This document shows, in pieces, positions 1 through 13,600 of a DNA stretch of 64,000 bases. A program made the position numbers and the translations under genes. This DNA comes from Octopus bimaculoides (Eukaryota). Each line of letters opens with the position of its first letter. Position 1 is the first letter of the stretch. A model generated the notes under the pieces. The model had not been told where the DNA came from. It made no database searches and saw only the letters and a program-made list of their open reading frames with translations. The stretch is from contig NC_068991.1 of NCBI RefSeq assembly GCF_001194135.2, positions 67,179,729 to 67,243,728 of the forward strand. Direction: 5' to 3'.

Positions 1-256
1 ATTTTGAGATTAGAACAAGTTTTGGAATGCATACTTTAAGTTTCCGCCCACACTGATTCTTCTTTAATTACTTTAGTCTTTACTCAATATTTATTGACAG
101 ATAGAAACAGAATTGGTCAATCTCAGGCACCGACTTGACCACAGTGAGGGCAGTCGGAACACTCTGCAACAAGTGGTAAGCTAAAATATCTGCTATTTGT
201 TCATTGTTAAAAATAAATTGTGATTTAGCTAGATGGATCAATGTGTGTGCAGAAAA

Positions 257-319
257 TTCGTCGACAGACAATTTGGCAACAGACAATTCGCCGACAGACA
301 ATTCGGCAACAGACAATTC
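257..319 (+). repeat. 15-bp tandem repeat x4 (TTCGYCGACAGACAA / TTYGGCAACAGACAA alternating)
   Basis: Read directly; ABAB pattern. Confidence 0.85.
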
Positions 320-447
320 CCACATGGCCTCAAACTCAACATGGAGGCCTACACCAAGTGCCTAGAGGAGGTTGTGCTGCCCTGGGTCAAGAGGGTGGCT
401 GCTGGAACACCCTATGTCTGGCAACAGGACTCTGCATCATACCACAC
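316..447 (+). mobile_element. Tc1/mariner transposase fragment
   Basis: FPHGLKLNMEAYTKCLEEVVLPWVKRVAAGTPYVWQQDSASYHT; QQDSAxxH is the second catalytic-Asp motif. Confidence 0.8.
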
Positions 448-1223
448 AATTGTCCTGTCTGTAAGCTGTTTGTTGGCCAACATTATGTCAACAAGTTGTC
501 CATCTACTGGACCAATGTATGTTAGTGATAAGGAAAAAATGGAAAATTCCAGAGATGTAGCAAGATTTGAATTCTCTAGACAAGAATTATTCTTTCAATG
601 GATTATTGCTCTCTCCTTGTTTCGCTGCTATTGTGTATGTCATTTTACATTTCTAGGTGTGGCCTGTCTATCTTTCTTCTGGGTCTGTTGTTCTGGTTGA
701 TGTTAAACGCTAGATCAACACTTAAAGTACTGATCAAGTAGATTTACACTTAAAGGAATTCCAACTGTGACCATCTTTTAGGGGTGACTACATTCTCTAA
801 TGCACCCTTTTTGCTTTTTTTAAAACAGTAAGATGTGATTTGAGGGTGATTTGGTTGCTAGCTCTCACAGGTTGGGCTACATACAGGAGCCCCTTTTGTG
901 GCCTACTTGGGTTTTAGACTTAACCTGTTATTCAGTTTAACACCCTCACCTGGCACTTTGGGTCCCTTTAGCAAACTACACTCTGTTGCAAGCACTCAGG
1001 CCAACTCTACAGTTTGAGGATAACTTCTTCCTTCCTTTCCAACCTGTCTCAAAAGCCCTGAAAAGTATCATGAGCACTACAATTCCCGCCTGACTAAAAC
1101 ATAATAAAAACGAATTAAATACAGTTATCTTGTTAGGTAAAATTGGGCAAGTGAGGGCTGTTTCTCTAGAATGCACTGCTTCTGGTAGAATTTGAACCAA
1201 CTGCACAACTATTGTACTACTGT

Positions 1224-1500
1224 TCTATATTTAAGAGATGAGGAATTATTTACATTATCTACATTTGACGGATATTCGTCCCCATCTTGTTTGTTGTTAA
1301 CACAATGTTTTGGCTGATATACCCTCCAGCCTTCGTCAGGTGTCTTGGGGAAATTTCGAACCTGGGTTCTCATTCCTATCGATGTTACTATTATTATTAT
1401 TATTATATTATTATTAATCAGGTCGCTGCCGTGAATCGAACTCGGAACCTTGGGGTTAGTAGCCCGCGCTCTTAACCACTACGCCATATGCCCGTGGGCA
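1224..1500 (-). mobile_element. tRNA-derived SINE-like element with Penelope-type hammerhead motif near its 3' end
   Basis: A box TGGCGTAGTGG (1476-1486), B box GTTCGATTC (1433-1441), hammerhead-like motif 1299-1344, flanking 14-bp direct repeat TATTGTACTACTGT (1210-1223, 1501-1514). Confidence 0.75.
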
Positions 1501-1541
1501 TATTGTACTACTGTCTCTAATACCAGGATTTTTGTTGCTAG

Positions 1542-1659
1542 GTTGAAGAGCTTCAAAATCACATGAAAAGAAGTGAACAAGAAAAAGTGCAACTTCAAGG
1601 TCAACTTCATGACCAAAGATTAGAAGAGGACACAAAAGAGAGAGAAAGACTGAAGCTTT
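1542..1659 (+). CDS. CEP128: CEP128 exon (first in window)
   Basis: ctag|GTT..TTT|gtaagt; VEELQNHMKRSEQEKVQLQGQLHDQRLEEDTKERERLKL. Confidence 0.88.
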
Positions 1660-4600
1660 GTAAGTTTTATCATTGTTGTATTATTTTCCCCCAAGAGTCC
1701 AGACTGAAAGAAATATATGTAATATGTTTTATTACATATATGTAAGAAATATATGTAATATGTCTTACTAGAGACCATTATCAGCTTAGTATTGAGTAAT
1801 AAGTCAGACTTGAGGAGGATGATAATTGTTTCTTACATTAGCATTTGGCTTGTAAAAAGGAATATGGTTAATTTGTATGAAACAAATATAGTGTCCTGAA
1901 TTAAGATTCTGGTGTATTATTGGTGGTGTAAGTTAAATAGAGAGAGATATATAGTATGTATTTTTCCCTTCATTCTTGCATCTCTAGATTATAAGCATTT
2001 TAGGAATAATAATATTGAAACCCAATTTTATCTTGGGAGCTGTGTATAGTTGCTTTAAGAGTTGCATGCTGCCTGTGAGGCACACAGTTTGACTACCATT
2101 GATATATATAATATAACAGTATATTAAAACCATAGGTTGTCTTCTTTTTGTTCATCTAATTTTAGTGGAAAGTGAACGAGAGAAAGAGAAGCAGAGATTG
2201 GACAAAGAACTACAAGAACTGAGACAACATCTAACAAACACTGTATCAGTTGTTGCTGAGATGGATAATGTGCGACAAAATATACATAAGAGCGAACAAC
2301 AACGAAGCCAGCTCTCTGACCATATTGAGGTAAAGCATCTGTCTCTCTGCTGTCTGTCTATTTAACTGTTTGTTTGTATGTCTGTATCTACTTACCTATA
2401 TCTATTATCTATTTGTTTATTCATCATCCATGTTCACTATTCATTGCTTTCACCTCTGTCCTCATCTCTGCTGTCTGTCACTCTCCTTTCACACTCTCAT
2501 CAATCAACCTACCCACCCACTCAACCATCCTTGATTATCTGTCCCTATTTCTCTCTTTATCCATCTTCTTGTAACATTAGGGTGCGCCCTGATACTTCAT
2601 CTCCACCATCTTTTCTCCTTTTCCTGTTGGGTCAGCCATGTATTTCTTTTACAGCAAGACACTTGTTCTTGTCCCTCTTTCCTACTTTTGCCTCTCAACA
2701 ACCTAGCACTAAGTCACCTCCCTCAGTACAGCAGCCATATTCTGTCTGGTGGTCTTGTCTTGTGAGTGCTGCTTGGTGACTTCAGAAGTGCAGTGCTTTG
2801 CAGAAAGCACCCAGTATACTCAGTAAGGTGGTTATGTGTTTGGAAGGGCATCTAGCCACAGAAACCATATCAAAGCAAACACTGGAGACCAGTGCAACCC
2901 TCAGGTTAGTTGGATCTTGTTGAACCATCCAACCCATGTCAAAATGGAATACAGATATCAAATGATAACAATTATGATGTGTCTGTTAACCATCCATCCA
3001 TCCATCCTCATCTTCATCATCATCATTATTATTATTTTGTACCCACTTTCCCATGCTGGCACAGGTACAATGGGTTTCTTGAGGCCAGTTTTACAACCAA
3101 ATGTCCTTCTTATTGCCAACTATTTTATCTGCTTCTAATGTCATCCAGGAACATGATTGTCTCTCTGTCTGTTTGTCCATTTATTTCACTGGTTGTCTGT
3201 CTGTCTGTCTATCTATCTATCTGCTTGCCAGCCTGCCTATACATCATCATCAATGTTCTTCTTGAATTATTGTGACCATTCCATCTGTTGTTGCAGGTAC
3301 TAACAAAAGACATTGAGAACCGAGATCGACAAAATGCCAAAATCTTGAACCAACTCCGTGAAACGGTTGACAAATATGAAGTGGCTGAACATGGTCGCAG
3401 ACAACTGGAAAGTCGAGTGGATGACTTGAGTTCTCGACTGACTGAAACTACCAGACATTTAGACATAACAAAGAAAGAATTGAGTGAAACCAAGAGAGCA
3501 CTCGAAGAAAGTCTGAGAAAGCAGGATGTTCTGAGAGGCAAAACACAAGAAGCAATTAAACAGTGAGTTGTAGAATAATGGACTTCTTCTTTACTTGTGT
3601 GTTTAGCAGGTAGTCTTTCATTTGTTTCAGTCCTTGGACTGTGGCCATGCTGTAGCACTGTCTTGAAGGGGTTTAGTCAAACAGACTGACTCTGGTACAT
3701 TTTGTTTTTTGAAGTTTGGTACTTATTCTATCAGTCTCTTTTGTTGAACTGTCGAGTTATGGAGATGTAAAGAAACCAACACCGGTTGCCAAGTGGTGTG
3801 GGGAATAAACACAAATATATTCATACATAGCAAGATTCCAACTATAGTTTCCATTAACCAAATTCATGCAAAAGATATTGGTTGGTCCAGAGCTATAGTA
3901 AGAGACGCTTTCCCAAGGTACTGCGCAGTGGGACAGAACCTGAAACCATGTGAAACGAACTTCATAACCACTCAGCCAATTTATCATTTCAGTGAAGTTA
4001 AAAGTATCACCATCACCACCACCATCTATTTCGAGTTGGTCTTCTCCATAGATGATCCCCCCTATGGAGATGGGCTCACTAAAGCTTTATGAATGGATTT
4101 GGTAGACAGAAAGCAAATGAAACCCATTGTGTGTGTGTGTGTGTGTGTTACTATCTCCTTGCCTTTACATTGTGTGATAGTTGTAAAAACAAATGTCCCT
4201 ATAATGCAACCTTCCTTGAAAACATGTCTGGTCAAGGGGAGATATTACCTTGCTTGGAAACTGGCGAGGGTTGGCAACAGGAAGAGCATCCAGTTGTAGA
4301 AAATCTACCTCCACAAATTCCATCTGACCCAAACAAACATAGAAAAGTGAATGTCAAAACTATGATGATGATACACCAGATGATGATGATGATGATGATG
4401 AAGTGGGTAATTAATTAATTAGCATTTATCTCAGTTTGGTTTCTTTGCTTTAGATGGAAACAGAAAGTTCTAGAACTTGAGAAAGAACTTGACTGCAACA
4501 AACACACAAGTCAACAAATGATGCAGAGAAATGAAGAACTAATCAAAGATTTGGAGTCTTCAAGAGTTCAGCACAATGAAATGGTCTCACAATGGGACAG

Positions 4601-7600
4601 AGCGAAACGAGAACTGACAGATGCTTTAGTGAGTCTTTGATTAATCTTTACAATTAAATTAATAATCTAAAACTTGATTTATTCCATTGTAAGACAGCAG
4701 CTTTGGTTTTAGTGAAATTCTGTTTAAAGAATATGGTGATTTTATCTTTTGTCAGGCTGTAAAAGCAAATCAAGAAGAACAGTTACGACTGAAGAATATT
4801 GAAAATAATGAACTAAAGTCGCTACAGATGGATTTGGAAAAAGAACTGAAAGACAGAAATTCTCAGATTGAGAAGGTAATCGGTGATTTGTTGTTTTGTT
4901 CTGTAAGCTGGAGAACTGTACTAAGTTCCAGTTTGATTTGGCATGGTTTCTAAGGCTGGATGTCCTTCCTAATGCCAACCACTCCTAGAGTGTAATGGGT
5001 GCTTTTTACATGCTACCAGCAATGGTGTTTTTATGTGCCAGTCATGTGACACCAGCATCGGCCACAACAATGATTTCATTTGGCTTGACAAGTCTTCTCA
5101 AGCACAGCATATCACCAAAGGTCTTGATCACTTCTGCCAGACAAATGGGAAGCAGTAATTGAAGTAGATGGTGAATATGCTCCGGAATAATCATTTAACC
5201 CATAAACTGCTGGGATTTTGCTGTATGTAACACGAACTGCTGAGCCTATTTTGGGTAAAGGTCAACATCGATCTATCACTCGAAAAAAATACTCAGTGTT
5301 TCTTAACACCTTCAGTGATTGACTACACTGTTTCTGGGGTGAAAGGGTATCGTGTGCATACATTATACATCATCAAAATTAGGTCAGATCATGCCCTACT
5401 TCCATGGCCTATCGCACTGTTGCGTTGGCCACTGAGGTGACCTATCGCAGTTTATGGGTTAAAGATGTTTTTATTACATGTTATTGTTTTTGTTGAATAA
5501 AATTTGTTGAAAAGAAGCCGCAGTAATTATGCACCAACCCAATAATTATCGTATGTATATCATCTTTCCTAATACTATCCATTGTGGTAAAAATATACTT
5601 TCAAAGTTACTTCTTATGTGAAGGATAACATTCCAGTATTTTCATATTCCCCAAAATATTTGTTATGTATCTATGACAAAGAGTCTTTAAGAGTCTAAAC
5701 TGTTTCTAAAATTTCAGATTGAACAAGAGCTGCACCAATACCAGCTGAATGCTTCTGCACTGCAGTCTGAAAAAGCTGACATGGTTGAAAAACTAACAAC
5801 AGTTGAAAGTGCACATCGACTGTCACAGGACCATGCACAGCAACTAAAGGTGAGTTCACATCACTGTAAAAATGTTTCCAAGAGAAATAGTAAGAAGCAT
5901 CATATTTTCTGTTTATCAATGAGCCAACCACTGTGCAGTTGCTCTGCTGATGAGAAATAGCAGCCAAATCTCCCTCAAATTACATTCTATTCTCTTAAAA
6001 AAGGAAGGACATATTGGATGATGTAATAGCGCATGTAAAAAGGAGCAAAAAATATTTTTATATTAAGCATCCTTTCTCACAAAGATTAACACAACTTCTT
6101 TGTGGCAGTATATTTTACTGCTTTTAAATAAGGTGCATTATTCCATGTCTTTGTACATCAAATCACTCCTGAACATTTTGCTTGTGATGGACATAAACAT
6201 CATCACCATACTGCGGAACCAGGGTTGTGTAGACAAAGACAAGCAATACACATGCACATATTTTGCATATCATCATCATCATCATCATCTTCATCTAACG
6301 TCCACTTTTCCATGCTTTTATGGATCAGATGGAATTTGTTGAGGTAGATTTTCTACAGCTGGATGCCCTTCCTGTTGCCAACCCTCACTTGTTTCTAAGC
6401 AAGGTAACATTTTTCCATAGCTTGACATGTTTTTCAAAGAAGATTGGAAATGAACAGCCTCGTGTGTATGTCCAGACAAGAATAGACACACATGCACACA
6501 CATCTATAAATGATGGGCTTCTTCCAGTTTCCATTTACCAAATCCACTCACAAGACTTTGGCTAATTCAGGGCTATAGTAGAAGATACTTGCTCAAGGTG
6601 CCATGCTGTGGGACTGAACCCAGGTCCATATGATTGGTAAGCAAGCTTCATAATCACAGAGACACATTTGCTCCTCACCCCACACAGGGCTTCATGCCCA
6701 TTGTTGTAATCTTATATTATAAGAGTCAAGCTAATGTCCATCTGCCTGTCTTCCACAACGTATATGTAGGAAAGGGGAAGAAGGGGAAGAGAAAAAGTGG
6801 TTGTTATTGAGAGAGAGATAGTATGTGAAAAATAGATAGATAAGTAGTGTTGTCACCATAGTAGCTAACAAGTTTTGATTAGTGCATATACACAGACAAA
6901 ATGAAATTCAGCAGTACAGCCAAGAAAAGAGATGACAGAAAAAGAACTTTGACGAGGAATGTTGCTTATCATGAAGTTATCTTATGATATATTGTTTAAT
7001 AAACATACTTATTCTGTAAAATATGAAAATAAGTATTTTAGATAAATCTTATTGTTCAACAGTATTCAAATTGTTATTAATGTTCACTGAGAAAGTCAAT
7101 TTAAACATTATTTGAACAATTTACGAAGGTATGTGCATGATTAACAAATATTTTTACTGGCAGCACAGTGACGGGTAATGTCACAGTGATGGGTAACCTA
7201 GTCATTGTTAAAATGTTATATGTTATCAACATAATGGCAATGCCAGAACAGTGACCAATATCCTGCCAGTTTTAACAATAATAAATTCTTAGACAAGACA
7301 GTCTTTTATTGACTTTTTATTAAACATTTTACAGTATCAACTGCAAGAATTGAGTCAAGCTAAAGCTGATTTATCTAGTCAGGTAAATGAAATTATGGAC
7401 CAAAGACAGGTAAGTTAGTATTTATGTTGCAAATTCTAATTTATGTCTCTTGTGAAAGGAAGTGATATTGTTGAAACCTATGCCATTTGTAAATAACTAA
7501 TTTCTTTTGCTGGGAATGTCTTTTGTAAATAATTCCAGGATCTCCGACAAGAAAATGTGAACTTGGAACAAAGAGAGTTACATCTGAAACAACAAACAGA

Positions 7601-10600
7601 AGATCTAAAGATTCAAATGAAAGAGGTATGAAAAGGAAATTGAATTTGGTATTTATTTTGTGTGGGTCTAAGGATTATCCTCCTCATCATCATCATCGTC
7701 ATAACTGATCTATTGCTGTCATTATTGTTGTTGCTGTCACCATCATCATCCACATATAAGTTTGAAATGTTCATATGTCATATAATATTAATAGACTAAT
7801 ATTATAATATGGTGGAGGCGCTTGGCTTAGTGGTTAGGGTGTCAGCATCATGATCGTAAGATTGTGGTTTCGATTCCTGGATCAGGCGACGAGTTGTGTT
7901 CTTGAGCAAAACACTTCATTTCACGTTGCTCCAGTTCACTCAGCTGCCAAAAATGAGTAACACTGCGATGGACTGGCCTCCCATCCAGCTGGGGAACACA
8001 TATGCCATTGAAACCGGGAAACCGGGCCCATGAGCCTGGCTAGGCTTTAAAAGGGCGCATTTATTTATTATTAATATTATAATATAATATATCAAGGTGG
8101 CAAGCAGGCAGAATTGTTAGCTTGCTGGGCAGAATACCTAGCAGCATTTTGTGTGCCTTTACATTCGGAGTTCAAATGCCACTGAGTTTGACTTTGCCTT
8201 TCATCCTTTTGGGATCAATAAAATAAGTACCAGTTGAGGACTGGGGTCAGTGTAATCCACTTACCCCTCTCCTGAAAATCTAGGCCTTGTAGAATATGAA
8301 AAAAAATTTGAAACCGATATTGATAGGTTACTCTATGAATTTTTTTTTTTTGAGTTGTACAAAATCTTTATTACTTAAAATTGGTTACTATTGGTAATAA
8401 CTTGTTTATTTTTTTAATGTACATGTGGCACCAGCACTGGCAAGGTCTGTTTTGGCCATAAAACCCATGCCAAAACAGACCTAGCCAGTGCTGGTGTCAC
8501 ATAAACGCACCCAGGCCACTCTGTAAAGTGGTTGACATTAGTGTGGTGTTTGCGTGCGAGTAGATGTAATCGGCTNNNNNNNNNNNNNNNNNNNNNNNNN
8601 NNNNNNNNNNNNNNNNNNNNNNNNNNNNNNNNNNNNNNNNNNNNNNNNNNNNNNNNNNNNNNNNNNNNNNNNNNNNNNNNNNNNNNNNNNNNNNNNNNNN
8701 NNNNNNNNNNNNNNNNNNNNNNNNNNNNNNNNNNNNNNNNNNNNNNNNNNNNNNNNNNNNNNNNNNNNNNNNNNNNNNNNNNNNNNNNNNNNNNNNNNNN
8801 NNNNNNNNNNNNNNNNNNNNNNNNNNNNNNNNNNNNNNNNNNNNNNNNNNNNNNNNNNNNNNNNNNNNNNNNNNNNNNNNNNNNNNNNNNNNNNNNNNNN
8901 NNNNNNNNNNNNNNNNNNNNNNNNNNNNNNNNNNNNNNNNNNNNNNNNNNNNNNNNNNNNNNNNNNNNNNNNNNNNNNNNNNNNNNNNNNNNNNNNNNNN
9001 NNNNNNNNNNNNNNNNNNNNNNNNNNNNNNNNNNNNNNNNNNNNNNNNNNNNNNNNNNNNNNNNNNNNNNNNNNNNNNNNNNNNNNNNNNNNNNNNNNNN
9101 NNNNNNNNNNNNNNNNNNNNNNNNNNNNNNNNNNNNNNNNNNNNNNNNNNNNNNNNNNNNNNNNNNNNNNNNNNNNNNCCCCCGTTGTTGAAGCTTCCTC
9201 TTTAGGTCATGTATTTGTGGTGTGGTGTTGTTAACGGTATTGCATTGTGTGACGTGTAGCATAGTGTGATATGGTAGATACAGCACAGTACGGTGTGTTG
9301 TGGTGTAGTAATTGTTTGATGTGAAGTCGTGCAGCAAGTTAGTGCTGTGCAGTATTGTAGTGTGGAGTAATTGTGTGGTATAGTGTCATAAGAGTGGTGT
9401 GGTGTAATGTAGTTATCAGTGTAGTGTGGCATGATTACATATAACAGTGTTATTTGGTGCATTGTGGTGTTACAGTTTAATGTGTTGTAGTGCAGTGACT
9501 CTCATATTAACTTATTTAAAGTGTAAATGTTAGCTTCTTTTTTTTTTTTATTTACATATTCAATTAGTTTCCATGAATCTGTGCAATTGGTCAGATTGTT
9601 CTCTGGTGTATAAGGTTAATCATTCTCTGGCACCGAGTCTTGATTTGGCACATTGCCAGACTGATACCAATATGGGAATGGACTGATTGTGTATTTGCAT
9701 ATTATTTTTTATTTATTATCTATTTATTTATTTATCGTTTCAGAACCGGGAGAATTACTTTTCCACAATTGAAAGCCTGAAAACCGAACTCAAAGAAACT
9801 AGAGTGAGTACTTAAGATATACTATTATAGGTACTAATATAGCTGTGTGGTTAAGCCCATGGTTAAGCCCATAGCTGTTCGCACACAGGCATCAAACAAT
9901 CTGCCTTTCACTCTGAGGGAGAGGCCCTTTGTTGCCAGCAGAGGTAGGAGCTCTCTGAACTTTGTCCAGTCTAATCTTATTCTCACAGCTATGCTCTCAG
10001 AGCATACACCCCCACTACTAATTTGGTCACCTAGACAACAGGAACTATCTACTACCTCTAGCTTGCCCCACAGGGGCATCTTCCATATACAAAAGCTAGT
10101 TTCCTTGTTAACCTTTCGCGATAGCTCAGTTGGTAGAGCGGAGGACTGTAGTGTGAAATTACATATATATTTGTACGGGGTTGGCCAAAAGTCACACGAC
10201 AGTAAATCAAAATACCATAAATACTGTAATTCTGTATTGATTCAAATGGGAAAATGTCTCACTCAAGAAGGATTTCAATTTGAACAATTTTCATGATTTT
10301 TCATATTTAGATGCTTTTATTAAATTCATTCACTTGTTAAACATAAATAGATCTTGGAATTAAATGGTTTTGATTTACTGTCAGATGACTTTTGGCCAAC
10401 CCTATATATATATATATTTATATATATAAGGAGTGATTGTTGGTATTGAAACAAAGGTGTTTGAAAAAGGGGTACACACTGATATCACAAATGACATTTC
10501 CAGCAAATACTGTTCTATTTATTTATTTATTTTATATTTTCGAAGTATCTCATAAAGTTTTCTTTTTTTTTTTATTGAACTATATATAAAGAAAAATAGT

Positions 10601-13600
10601 AGATATTTATAAAATTTAGATGATAAATTTAAATTTAATAACAAAAATAAAATATANNNNNNNNNNNNNNNNNNNNNNNNNNNNNNNNNNNNNNNNNNNN
10701 NNNNNNNNNNNNNNNNNNNNNNNNNNNNNNNNNNNNNNNNNNNNNNNNNNNNNNNNNNNNNNNNNNNNNNNNNNNNNNNNNNNNNNNNNNNNNNNNNNNN
10801 NNNNNNNNNNNNNNNNNNNNNNNNNNNNNNNNNNNNNNNNNNNNNNNNNNNNNNNNNNNNNNNNNNNNNNNNNNNNNNNNNNNNNNNNNNNNNNNNNNNN
10901 NNNNNNNNNNNNNNNNNNNNNNNNNNNNNNNNNNNNNNNNNNNNNNNNNNNNNNNNNNNNNNNNNNNNNNNNNNNNNNNNNNNNNNNNNNNNNNNNNNNN
11001 NNNNNNNNNNNNNNNNNNNNNNNNNNNNNNNNNNNNNNNNNNNNNNNNNNNNNNNNNNNNNNNNNNNNNNNNNNNNNNNNNNNNNNNNNNNNNNNNNNNN
11101 NNNNNNNNNNNNNNNNNNNNNNNNNNNNNNNNNNNNNNNNNNNNNNNNNNNNNNNNNNNNNNNNNNNNNNNNNNNNNNNNNNNNNNNNNNNNNNNNNNNN
11201 NNNNNNNNNNNNNNNNNNNNNNNNNNNNNNNNNNNNNNNNNNNNNNNNNNNNNNNNNNNNNNNNNNNNNNNNNNNNNNNNNNNNNNNNNNNNNNNNNNNN
11301 NNNNNNNNNNNNNNNNNNNNNNNNNNNNNNNNNNNNNNNNNNNNNNNNNNNNNNNNNNNNNNNNNNNNNNNNNCGAGAGAGCAATGGTGAGAGAAATGTG
11401 TGGCGTGAGGCTGTTTGATAAGAGGAGGAATGAGGATTTGATGGGAATGCTGGGGTTGGAGGAATCGGTGGAATGGTTGGCAAGGGTGAATGGAGTGAGG
11501 TGGTATGAGTATGTGTTGAGGAGGGATGAAGAGCATGTTCTGAGGAGGGTGATTGTGTTTGAGGTAAATGGAGTGCGAAAGCAAGGTAGACCCAGGAAAA
11601 GGTGGAGGAGGAGATTGGGAAGGTTGGTTTGAAAAAGGAGGACACCCAAAACTGGGCGAGATGGTGTGAGGGTGGTTGCTATGGTATTGAGGTAGATATG
11701 GCCACCCTCATTAGCTGGGACAAAACCTGGATTTAAAACACTGGATGATGATGATGAATTGACTACAGGCAGGTACATGCATGACAAGATAAAAGAACAA
11801 ACCAGCAAAACAGCTGGTATCAAGTTAGATTAAGATATTTATATATTTAAAACACGAGGGTTGAGTTGTTGCAGGAGAATAGATCATAATAATGATAATC
11901 CTTTCTACTCTAGGCAGAAGGCCTGAAATTTTGGGGAGGGAGCTTGTTGATTACATCGGCCCCAGTACTCAACTGGTACTTACTTTATCGACCCTGAAAA
12001 AAATGAAAGGCAAAGTCGACCTCAGTGGAATTTGAACTCAGAATGTAAAGATGGGTGAAATGCTGCTAAACATTTTGCTCGGTGTGCTAACGGTTCTGCC
12101 AGCTTGCCAAGTAATGATGCGTGCAAAAAGTCTTTTACAGCTGTTTTGAGTACAGATGTGCAGATGGTGTATCTTCAGCAAAACAAGCAATAGCTATCCA
12201 TCAGTGATCTATTCCATCATCAGAGGAAGAATGGGATATAGTAGTTATCTATTCCGTCGTCAGAGAAGGAGAATGTGATTGAAAGTAGTTATATCAGTCT
12301 TTCTGGTATTGTTTACAGATATGTATCTACTTGCTAAACAGGTAATGTTTACTCTGCCCTTTGCTATTATTTTCAGGCTCGTGAAGTACGTAATAATCAG
12401 TTGTTTACAAAACACCTAAATGAAGTTAAAGCTGAACATAATGCCTCTTTACACTCATTGAAAGTAAGTTTGTAATATTAACATATTCATTGTGGGTGAT
12501 TGTTGTTGTTGTTATTTGGCCTCAAGTGACGATCCCTGGTGTTGTAAGTAAAAAAAAAAAAACAAAAAAAAAACAAAGAACAAATTGGCGCAAGCGTGGC
12601 TGTGTGGTAAGAAGCTTGCTTCCCAACCACATGGTTCCGGGTTCAGTCCCACGGCATGGCACCTTGGGCAAGTGTCTTCTACTATAGCCTCAGGCTGACC
12701 AAAGCCTTGTGAGTGGATTTGGTAGATGGAAACTGAAAGAAGCCCGTCATATATATATGTNNNNNNNNNNGTGTGTGTGTGTGTGTGTGTGTGTGTTTAT
12801 TTGTGTGTCTGTGTTTGTCCCCACCACCATCGCTTGACAACCGATGTTGGTATTTATGTCCCCATAGTTTAGCAGTTCAGCAAAAGAGACTGATAGAATA
12901 AATACTAGGCTTACAAAGAATAAGTCTTGGGGTTGATTTGTTCAACTGAAGGCAGTGCTCCAGCATGGCCACAGTCAAATGACTGAAACAAATAAAAGAA
13001 TAAAAGAAAAAAAAGGATAAATAAATAAGTGTAGGTGTGGCTGTGTGGTTGAAAAGGTTTCTTTACAATCATGTGGTCTTGGGTTCAGTCCCAGTATGTG
13101 GCACCTTAGGTACTTGTCTTCTACCATAACTTCAGGCCAGTCAAAGCTTTGTAAATGGATTTGGCAGATGGAAACTGAAAGAAGCCTGTTATATATATGT
13201 GTGTGTGTTTGTGCATGTGCAATCTCCACAGCGAAGGCTTTCATGCTTCAGGTATTCTATGTTATGTTCTATATAAATATAAATTGTGTGTGTGTGTGTG
13301 TGTTGAGCATAATGTTAATGATGGTATAAATATTTTATTGAAAATTTTGTATTATGCTGTATCTTTATGTCCAGTTTGAATTAGCTGAAGAACGGTCAGT
13401 CCATAAGAGAACTCAACAGCAATATGATCAACAAAGAGCTGAAAATGACCAACTTCACCAGAACGTTAGCAGGTTAGTATAATAATAATAATAATAATAA
13501 TGATAATAATAAATTATAATAATAATAATGAAATTATTGTATACAGTGCTCAGGTGCACTACAACTTGTCAGAAGTGCATATGCAGTATTGTACAAATGT

